Of a stretch of 64,000 bases of DNA, positions 31,067-39,858 are shown one piece after another; position 1 is the first letter of the stretch; each line of letters begins with the position of its first letter. The DNA lies in the NCBI GenBank assembly GCA_964019335.1, contig OZ025702.1, positions 455,751-519,750 of the forward strand, read 5' to 3'. Position numbers and translations under genes: made by a program. The stretch is from Diplonema japonicum. Lineage: Eukaryota; Protista; Euglenozoa: Diplonemea. Below the pieces are notes generated by a model. It was given only the letters and a program-made list of their open reading frames with translations, made no database searches and had not been told where the DNA came from.

Positions 31067-32521
31067 ATGAAAGAAATGCGTAGAACAGCAGCGGTTATAG
31101 CAGTGGTGGTGTCGATGGTGAGCGTGGTGGAGTACTCGTCTGTCGAGGAGAACAATGTGCTTGCAACAGGTACCACGCAGCGAGAACCGGAAAGAACAAC
31201 AACGGATGACCATTGCTCGGACAACCCTGCAAGCTACAAGAACTCAAGCGTAACGTGGACCACACCAAAAAAGGCAGGAACAGTCAGGCCCGCGTATCTA
31301 CTGACGATCCAGTACACTCTCCACGACGGCAACGGTGTGAAGCTGTGCAACCAAAACGAAGGCTTAATACTCGCCAAAGCAGAAGGCCTCACATGGACAG
31401 CAAGCACCAAAGCAGGAAAAAACGGGGAAATACCCGTGCTTCTAGGCGAAGGGCCCACACTCGTTTCCGTCATCCTCGCTTTTGATAAGATAACGTTGCT
31501 GCGTGCGAACACTGACAGCCCGGAGTGTTTGTATAAAACCATTGAAGAGAAGGCTTTCAACCTTGACGGCTACTCGGTGCAGAAACCGGAGCTCACCCAA
31601 CACAAAACATTCTGCCCACCAGATATCGCTTCTAATGTTCTAAACGGTCTCTGGGTGAACACGTCGTCTGCGTTTCGAAACGGGACATGGGAGTGGGCTC
31701 CTATCCACACAACATGCGAGATGCGCCCTGTTACGGGAAGAAACATACTTTTCTGGGGGGACGAGACGCTTCAAATCGCTGTTAAATCTCTTGCCGCGGA
31801 GTACAAAAGGCCCGATCCGTTCCCGGGGGACAGAAAAGCAAAGTTCTACTTCAGCAAAGAAGTCGACATAAGAAAAAGGTACGCGGAGATCCCCGAGCCC
31901 AACGGGGCCAACGGGAGCCTACTGTTCTTGGGAAACACATCGCCCTCACTGTCTGGTAGAGGGAAGACACCATGCATGGGGTTGGGCGTCATGGATGTTG
32001 AAAGCTACCGGAACCAAATATTAGATTTTCTTAGAGACAAGAGTTTTCCTGACGCAATAGTAATGCACAGTGGAATCGCGGATATATGCACGGAGTACCA
32101 AATGAATGTCAAAACGATGGAATCACGAGCGGATGCAGCAGGGAAATGGTGGGCTGGTGTCATCGGTAACAAGAAGACGAAGGTTATACTTATGACAACA
32201 GCTGCCACCTCTGGGATAGGTGTCTGTGCGCGATTTCACGCGCCGCGGTTGATGTGGTGGGATGCAACACGTAACGCTGCGCTTCGCAGGCATCTTCCTG
32301 GCGACACTGTTGTGGACGTGTTCTCTCTCACGCTTCCCTTCCACTTCACAAACGATTACTCTGACGGCACCACCTACGGGCTTCACAATGTACGCGGAAA
32401 CCAGGACGCGACCCCCGCAGACTTCCCAAAGCTCAGCAGATTCTTAGCCGGCAAAAGGTACAACCCAACCGTGGGCATAATGGTGGCAAGGCTGATAGCA
32501 AACGCTGGGTGGGTGGTGTGA
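31067..32521 (+). CDS. Type II membrane protein with SGNH/PC-esterase (NXPE/TBL)-like domain, catalytic residues altered
   Basis: N-terminal TM; NILFWGDET (GDS block), DAIVMHSG, DVFSLT...SDGTTY (DxxH block). Confidence 0.65.
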   Translation: MKEMRRTAAVIAVVVSMVSVVEYSSVEENNVLATGTTQREPERTTTDDHCSDNPASYKNSSVTWTTPKKAGTVRPAYLLTIQYTLHDGNGVKLCNQNEGLILAKAEGLTWTASTKAGKNGEIPVLLGEGPTLVSVILAFDKITLLRANTDSPECLYKTIEEKAFNLDGYSVQKPELTQHKTFCPPDIASNVLNGLWVNTSSAFRNGTWEWAPIHTTCEMRPVTGRNILFWGDETLQIAVKSLAAEYKRPDPFPGDRKAKFYFSKEVDIRKRYAEIPEPNGANGSLLFLGNTSPSLSGRGKTPCMGLGVMDVESYRNQILDFLRDKSFPDAIVMHSGIADICTEYQMNVKTMESRADAAGKWWAGVIGNKKTKVILMTTAATSGIGVCARFHAPRLMWWDATRNAALRRHLPGDTVVDVFSLTLPFHFTNDYSDGTTYGLHNVRGNQDATPADFPKLSRFLAGKRYNPTVGIMVARLIANAGWVV

Positions 32522-32686
32522 CAAAAAAAAAAAAAAGAAAGAAGAAAATAAAAGTGTCTGCGGTTTTTTTTTTTGTGGGTTTACACACTTTGTATTTATT
32601 CTTGCAGTAACGTTGTCTTATAAAAAAAAAAAAAGAGAAAAAGAAAATCAGGGTTCCCCCCCCCCCCCCCCCCCCCCTTTACACAA

Positions 32687-33142
32687 ATGAAACTCTTCAG
32701 ACACGACCCCTACTCGGAGGACAGCAACAGTACCGCTGTGGCTGTGGTACCCGTTGACAGGATGCTGCCAACCACTTCGAAACAATGGTGCAAACTGGTC
32801 TCAAAGAAGCGCTGCAGAAAGAAGTCGTGTGCGCACTTCCATGTGGAGAGCGCAGTGAAGCAGGGGGTGCTGCACAAGGCAAGGCTCGAGTCTGTACCAG
32901 TGATCCCTCTAGAAGCACTGGACTCTCTCCAGAAATACGTTATAACCCGGATAGAGGCCCTGGACAAGGGGGCAGCTTCGCGGTCCATCGTCCGAGTGCG
33001 TCGCATGGCAAAGGTCGAAGGAGATCCCAAGGTGGCCCTCCTCAAGACAGTGTCAAAGGTTTTCAATGAGGCGACGATTCTACCCCTCTCCGCCTTCCGT
33101 CACCACACTGTCATCATCTTTTCCCTTCTGTGCCGTGTTTAG
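32687..33142 (+). CDS. Small CCCH zinc-finger protein with N-terminal HDPY motif
   Basis: MKLFRHDPY; C-x7-C-x4-C-x3-H (CKLVSKKRCRKKSCAHFH). Confidence 0.7.
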   Translation: MKLFRHDPYSEDSNSTAVAVVPVDRMLPTTSKQWCKLVSKKRCRKKSCAHFHVESAVKQGVLHKARLESVPVIPLEALDSLQKYVITRIEALDKGAASRSIVRVRRMAKVEGDPKVALLKTVSKVFNEATILPLSAFRHHTVIIFSLLCRV

Positions 33143-33280
33143 GGGAAGCGGGGGTGGGGAAAAAGAAAATATTTTTTTATAAAAAAAGAAAATATAGAAA
33201 TCTAATTAAAAAGGTGTTGATCCTCGGTGTGCCTCAACACGCACAGGGTAATGGAAAAGAAAAAGAAAGAAAACGAAAAG

Positions 33281-33284
<4 letters not shown>

Positions 33285-33312
<28 letters not shown>
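33285..33312. repeat. (GA)n microsatellite
   Basis: Direct reading. Confidence 0.9.
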
Positions 33313-33318
<6 letters not shown>

Positions 33319-33657
33319 AAAAAAGAAAGGAAAGAAAAAGGCATTTAGTTGCAATTGTGTGTTTTTTTCTTCTTTTTTTTTTCCCTCTTCTTTTTTTCCC
33401 TTTTTCCTTTCTTCCCCCCCCCCGTTTTTTTCCATCCTTTTGCTTGCTAGTTACTTATACAACACCCTCTCTCTATTTTCTTTTTTTTATTTCTTCGAGC
33501 GCGAGGAGGTCGGTAAGCGCAAAAATGCATACCTTAAAAGAATAGTTTTCTTCCCTTCTTTTCTTTTTTTTTTTCCCATTTTTTTTTTTTTTTTTTTTTT
33601 ACACTTTGGGCTGTTCAAACCACCCCAATCAAACCTGACAGACATTTATTAACCTAA

Positions 33658-34802
33658 CCCCTAAACGCCCGCGCGGACGTTTTTGTCCTTATTTCAAAAT
33701 TTGCTTTTTCGCTAAGTACTTTTTTTTGAACACGGCCCCTGGACTTCAAAATATGGCATTGTTGCGCGGTTTATTTTGTCTCGGAACTACATTTTGCGTT
33801 AAAAGTTTTGTTTTAATTGAAACCGGCAGGGTTGGCTTAAAATGAAATCAGATGGTCAAAATAGCAGCGAAAACGTGAGTCTCCCCCGACTGGTCAACCT
33901 GGAAACATCAGTAAGGCCTGAAACTGCACCTCATGCGTAGGCTTCTTGACATCATTGTCAACCGGTGTAGGACTGTGCGGACCCCTAGCAAGTGGTTGTC
34001 TGTTGACGACAGTGTTATCCCGACAACAATAAAAGTCATGGAACCACGAAAAAACAACTCGGTGGGCATCAAGGTAGTCGCTACATGCGACTCATAAAAC
34101 TGTTACCTTGCGAATTTCAACATTTTCAGCAAAAAGTCCACAACACAGGACCTAGTCATGCGTGCTGTCGACTCCTAAGGGTTTGCTGTCGACCCCTGAC
34201 CGGCAAGACCAGCTCCAGGAGACTGGAGTTCGGCATATGAAAACCCGGAAGTGGACCATGGTCGTTTTTTATTGGGTCCTGGAAAGCTGTGTTGCCAACT
34301 CCTCCATAATCTGGAAGAAGAGCAAGGAATGTGGCAAAAATTATGGCTTCCCGAGCTTCAAAGAAGACCTTGTTGGCAAGCTTCTCACCCATGCCCCAAA
34401 AGCCGATAGCACACACCCCCGACAACACCGTCACCGACCCCCAAGCGCAAACACGCTAGCAATGAGGATTCCCTCACTCAGAAATACCCAAAACGCCCCA
34501 AATAGTCTCCAGACTGACCTCAATCCTAGAATTCAGGGCACCAAATAGGGCTGAATGCTGCCCTATTTAGCCCAGCCATAACTCCACGGACCCCACGACA
34601 AGACCCCCCAAAATCGGACATAAAAAGTACCCCCTCTTACACACATAGTTAAGTGTTCTCATCTGATCTGGCACCTGGAATTGACCGTACCGTTTAACCT
34701 TTCCTTTCACCTTCCTATGGTTGCATGCTGCCCTTTTTTTGAGTATTTAAAGCAACAACGAAAATGGGGGGGTACCGTAGATAGGCTCCGGGCGTTTAGG
34801 GG
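33658..34802 (+). mobile_element. Internally deleted piggyBac DNA transposon with CTAA target duplication
   Basis: Perfect 14-bp TIRs CCCCTAAACGCCCG (33658-33671) / CGGGCGTTTAGGGG (34789-34802); CTAA on both sides; transposase remnants LSVDDSVIP...GIKVVATCDS*NCYL and KTRKWTMVVFYWVLESCVANS. Confidence 0.88.
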
Positions 34803-34993
34803 CTAATCTTTTATTTTTTTTATAAGGGGGTGGTGGTCCTCAATCGACGCCCTGCCCTGCCTTATTCTCAGTTAACTATCCCTAGCTCTTTTCTTCTCTT
34901 TCTCTCTCTCTTTCTTTTTCTCTATGCACCCTTCTTAAAATCCGAAAAACAGGAGGGGGGGGGGGGGGGGGGGAGAAAGAAAAAAAAGAAGAA

Positions 34994-35584
34994 ATGGGGC
35001 TACACTCAAGTAAATTATCACTCTTCGATTTACTAAAGGAAGGTGACGACCTTCTCAAGAAGGGAGAAGGGAAGAAAGCAGTAATCATGTATAGCAACGC
35101 ATTGGAGCTGGCCCCCGAGTACTGGATCGGGTACCTCAAGAGGGCAAAGGGGCATATGGCAAACGGGGACTTCTGCCTAGCTCTGGCGGACACTGACACA
35201 TCTCTTAAATTACACGAAAGCCTGACAGTGAAAAAACTGAAAAAAGAAATTCTAGAGAGCATGGGCGAAGCAGAAGAGGCGGCAGCACTCAATCTCGAGG
35301 TAAGCGCACAGGAAGAGAACCTCAAAAAGAACAGAAGAAGCAGCCCCCCGAAACGGCTCACCAAAGAGGAGATCGCCCACTGGAAGCAAGTACAAGAACG
35401 GGAAAAGGTACTCAACTACCTACCTCGATGCGAGTTCTCCAAACGGCTCAAACGTCATAGGGAAACTGCGAATAGATCACACCCCTCGTGGGTCAAGCAC
35501 CCAGGCACGGCGCCTGTCCTCCCTGCGTCCTCTGATGCCCCCCCAACTCGCGAGCCTCTTGATGACACTGTGCCGCTTCTTTAG
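34994..35584 (+). CDS. TPR-repeat protein
   Basis: GDDLLKKGEGKKAVIMYSNALELAP..WIGYLKRAKGHMANGDFCLALAD TPR pattern. Confidence 0.8.
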   Translation: MGLHSSKLSLFDLLKEGDDLLKKGEGKKAVIMYSNALELAPEYWIGYLKRAKGHMANGDFCLALADTDTSLKLHESLTVKKLKKEILESMGEAEEAAALNLEVSAQEENLKKNRRSSPPKRLTKEEIAHWKQVQEREKVLNYLPRCEFSKRLKRHRETANRSHPSWVKHPGTAPVLPASSDAPPTREPLDDTVPLL

Positions 35585-35731
35585 CCAGAAAAAAAAAGGG
35601 GAAAAGAAAAAAAACGAAAACTGTCCATTCTTTTTACAAAGGAAAAAAAAAAAAAACTAATTGACTCGATCTTTTTTTTTTTTTTTTTTTTTTAACCCTT
35701 TCTTACACACAAAATATTCGTCTCATAGGGG

Positions 35732-37555
35732 ATGCCCAAGACATGCCCTGTGCTCGTGGCTTGTTTCATAGCTAATGTTGCGTGCTTCTCGTTGCATCCT
35801 GTCAAAGACATATACCACAACGACTACGCCTTCGCGGCTGTGAGGCTGGACGGGACGGTGGTGACATGGGGGGACACGGATGCGGGGGGCGACAGCACGA
35901 CCGTGAAATCGCACCTAGTCGAAGTGAGAGAAATAATATCGTCCGAGAAAGCGTTCGCAGCCATACGGCGAAACGACACGGTGGTGACATGGGGTGACCC
36001 CGCCTACGGAGGCGACAGCTCGACAGTGCAGAGCCTGCTGAAGGACGTCTTCGCCATCACCCCCTCCAAGACCATCCTCGTCGCAAGACGCAGGGACAAC
36101 AGTGTCGTATCATGGGGAAGCGACAACCGAAGACTGAGCGACGCCTCCGCAGTATCAGGCCTCACCAACATCAAGGCGATCATCCCACAAGAACGTTCCT
36201 TTGCAGTTCTTGTTGCCGACGGGACAGTATACACATGGGGCGACCCTGCACAGGGTGGAGACTCCTCTTCTGTAGCAGTCGAGCTTCAGAACGTCCATCG
36301 CGTGTTTGCGTCATCAGGTACCTTCGCAGCGTTGCGAAGAGACGGCACCGTGGTAACATGGGGCGGGAAGATGGACGTGAGTACTGTTCAGGAAAAGCTG
36401 CACGACATCAGAGACATCTTCACCACACCTCACTCCTTCATCGCCACCACCAATAACGGAATCGTGGCATGGGGTACAGAACCACAGCTGGGTTCCGACG
36501 CTACCACCGTCCAGCACCTCATCAACACTTCAAACATCGAAGATGTCTACTCAAATAGATACTCCGTTGCCGTCTTGATGGAAGACGGGAGGGTCGTGAC
36601 ATGGGGCGGGCACACCAAACCAGCTGACGTCTTCACCGCAAAAACAGTTGTCCCTTCAGATGTTGGCTTCTCCGCTATCCTACAAAACGGCAGCGTGGTG
36701 ACATGGGGGGTGCATTTACCCGCACCATGCTGCCTACCCTTCCCCGAGTTCGCAGGAAGGGTGGCATATCTCTATAGTACACGAGATGGTGGGCTTGCTG
36801 GACTCTTAAGCGACAACTCATTAATCACATGGGGGCGGACGACCGCAGGGGGCAGGGAGTATAATAAAAGAAGCTTGAAAAACGTGGTGAGCGTGAATGC
36901 GGGTCAGGACTCCTTTGCTGTGTATGTGGTGAGGAAGGGGTTGGTGACATGGGGCGCGAAGGACAGGTCCGACTCAGACTCAGTACGTAATCTGTTCAAA
37001 GGAAACTTCAGAGCATACAGCAACAAACGGGGCTGGGCAGCAATGGATAAAAACGACAACATGGTGGCATGGGGCGTAATTATGTACTCATCGGAGGACC
37101 AAAATCTGGCAACATTCACCCATCCTCCAAAGCCCACTCCTCTCCCTGAAACACAAGCTCCTCCCACAGCTACAGTAACACTGTCTCTTACAGCCTCTGT
37201 TAAGGAGGTTGAGAAGGATGCTGAGGATGATGATGATGCTCTCATTGATTTTCCTTCAAGCACCACCGGTCGTGTCATAGCGATTGTCTCTATCGTTCTA
37301 ATCTGCTTAAGTATTGTGCTTTTGTGTTACATGCTGTGGCAGCCTGGTGGGAAAGATGACGACGCTCACCCCCCTACAGACAGTGGGCCAGCGAAGCCTG
37401 TTGATACCGCACCTGACGAATATGCGTATTATTCGTACTCTGAGGGTGAGTCTCTCCCTGAGGTTAACACTAGTGAGATTCAGCAGATTGAGTCGGAAGA
37501 AGGGGAGGAATCCCCGCCAGAAGAGACACGTGAAGTGGATGAAAAAAAAGAATGA
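35732..37555 (+). CDS. RCC1/BLIP-II-like beta-propeller repeat type I membrane protein
   Basis: About 11 AFAA..DGTVVTWG..GGD-type repeats, N-terminal signal-like segment, TM VIAIVSIVLICLSIVLLCYMLW, acidic tail. Confidence 0.85.
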   Translation: MPKTCPVLVACFIANVACFSLHPVKDIYHNDYAFAAVRLDGTVVTWGDTDAGGDSTTVKSHLVEVREIISSEKAFAAIRRNDTVVTWGDPAYGGDSSTVQSLLKDVFAITPSKTILVARRRDNSVVSWGSDNRRLSDASAVSGLTNIKAIIPQERSFAVLVADGTVYTWGDPAQGGDSSSVAVELQNVHRVFASSGTFAALRRDGTVVTWGGKMDVSTVQEKLHDIRDIFTTPHSFIATTNNGIVAWGTEPQLGSDATTVQHLINTSNIEDVYSNRYSVAVLMEDGRVVTWGGHTKPADVFTAKTVVPSDVGFSAILQNGSVVTWGVHLPAPCCLPFPEFAGRVAYLYSTRDGGLAGLLSDNSLITWGRTTAGGREYNKRSLKNVVSVNAGQDSFAVYVVRKGLVTWGAKDRSDSDSVRNLFKGNFRAYSNKRGWAAMDKNDNMVAWGVIMYSSEDQNLATFTHPPKPTPLPETQAPPTATVTLSLTASVKEVEKDAEDDDDALIDFPSSTTGRVIAIVSIVLICLSIVLLCYMLWQPGGKDDDAHPPTDSGPAKPVDTAPDEYAYYSYSEGESLPEVNTSEIQQIESEEGEESPPEETREVDEKKE

Positions 37556-38204
37556 AAAAAAAAAAAAGAAAAAAGAGAAAAGAAAAGATGGATGGGCGTG
37601 TGTTGATGTTGAAGCCATACGAACTCCTTTTTTTTTTTTTCTTTCTTTTTTTTTTCTTTTTCTCTTTTTTTTTTTTCTGTTGCACACAATTGTCTTTTCA
37701 ATTAAAAAAAAAAAATGCTGGGATATTTTTTTAATTAAAAACTTAAACTATATGGCAACTTGTGCCGAGCACGGGGAGGGGGGGGGGGGGGGGGGGGGGA
37801 AGAGGGATAAAAAAACTAGTTTTGACGCTTCATTTGTTTTGTGCGCACGAGCGGTATTTTTTTTTTTTTTTTTTACCTTGTAAAATCACACATTACGCTG
37901 CCATCAACTAGTTTTTTGGGAAAAAAAAAAAAAAAAAACTTTTGCAGCTTTTTTAAATTCCCGTGCGTACAACAACAAAAGAGATATAGTCATAAAAAAG
38001 ATTTTTTTTTAAAACTTTTTTTTCTTACTTTTGTTTTGTCATCGGTGTACCTCCTTGGTGAATAGCATGCTCGTAAGCGATTTCTACAATCCAACAGGCA
38101 GTGCTAAGGGGGGTTTTCTTTTTTTCTTTTCTTTTTTTTCTTTTTTTTTGTGGGTTGTTTGGTAGCGCTTCTCCCCACACCATCAATGATATTTATTTTT
38201 TTCT

Positions 38205-38452
38205 CGGGACATACACTCCGTCACCAGGAGTCATCATGTGCCCTCTTTATGAGTGGTTCTAAGGAGTCTCATTACGTTTTCCGTTATGAAAAAGGGGAGG
38301 AAATGAAAGACTTTTTTTTTTTTTTTTTTTTTTTTCCGGGACATACACTCCGTCACCATGAGTCATGAGGTACCTACTTCATCTCTTGTTAAGGAGGTCA
38401 GATAGTGGGTGGCTCTGAGGAGTCCCATTACGTATTCCGATGAAAAAAGGGA
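38205..38452. repeat. Pair of diverged direct repeats (about 95 and 115 nt) in an intergenic spacer
   Basis: Both start cgggacatacactccgtcacca (38205 and 38337) and share gtggytctraggagtcycattacgtwttccg. Confidence 0.85.
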
Positions 38453-38863
38453 CTCTTTTTAACTATCGAGGGCCGCTTTTACAAGGGCATGAGAGGCACC
38501 TTGAAGCCATTTTTTTTTGTTGAAAAAGGCCTGCCGTGTAGAGACCACAAAGTGCAGATATTTAAGTTCAATAGGGGGGGAATACTTTTTTTTTTTTTTT
38601 GCCCCTGTCTCTTTCTCCCCCCCCTACAATAGGGTTTATAATCCTTCTATATCTAGAAAGCATTTTTCAGCGAGACTTAAGACTTTGCTAGACGATGCAT
38701 GTTTCTTTGCCATTTTTTATTCTTGTTTTTTCCCCTACCCCCTTTTTTTTTTGTTTTTTTTTTATAACCCCTCAAAGACCTAGGGGGAAAAAAAAGGGGG
38801 GAAAGCCGAAATAGAAAAGTAGAAAGCCATCTTCCTAGGTTCCTAGTTCAAGAAGCAACAATA

Positions 38864-38900
<37 letters not shown>

Positions 38901-39858
38901 GTGATGGTTTTCTTGCTGCTATGGTAATTTTCGATTTTTACAATTGGGTGGGTCTTGAGGGCTACATTAAATTTTACGTATTTTTTTTTTTTTTTTTTTT
39001 TTTTTTTGCTTTTTTTTTTTTGTTTCTCAACAGCCGGGTCTTTTGCTTGATCTATTCAGAAAAATGATACTCCCCAGCTTGACTTTTTAGTTTACATCAT
39101 TAAATTAAAAATATATTGGAAAAAAAAAAGAAGAAATGAAACAAAAAAAAAAATAGAAGAAAGAAAAAAGAGAAAAAAAAACACACGAAACGTAAAAAAG
39201 AAAGAATAACCCCCCCACCCTCGTTTGTGTAAAGGAGTAAAAAATACTGTAAGACTGAGAGAAAAAAAAAGGAAAAAGAAAGCGGGGGTCAGTTCGAGAA
39301 TAAGTGAATTGAAAGAAGACCTTCTTTCTTCTGCTTTTCGGTAACCGTATTGCGACACTTTTGCTCTACAGATGTAGAGGGAGCTTCCAGAGAAAGATAG
39401 TTCGACTTTTTCTTTTTTTCCCCCCCTCGTGATTTTTTTCCTTCCCCGTTTTACGTTTTACGTTTTACAACAAATACTCCATTTTCTTTATTGCAGGCCG
39501 TTGCTAACCACTTCGTTCCTATCATAGTGAATTTATTTTCTTCCCGATAAGGGGGAAAGTATGCCCTCCTCCGTGGGCCACCCAGCAAGCACACCGGGAA
39601 AATATCTCACCTTTCCTCCACCCCCTTTCCTCCCCCCCTGTTTTCTTCATTCTGTGCATTAAAAAAAAAAAAAACGAGGGTGGAGTTTTGTGATGAGTTA
39701 ATTTTTGTTTGTTTCTTTATTCTGCATGCGCCACATTTTTCTTCTTCTTTTTTTTTTTGATGAGTTTTTTTTCTTCTTCTCCAGTTCCGTAAAAAAAAAA
39801 AAAAAAAAAAAAGGAAAAAAGGAAAAAAGTGGGAAATAGGGAGGGGGAGAGAAAGAAG

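Noticed and set aside
33651-33665. Telomere-like CCTAA/CCCTAA repeats
   Set aside because: Explained by the piggyBac TSD plus TIR; not an array
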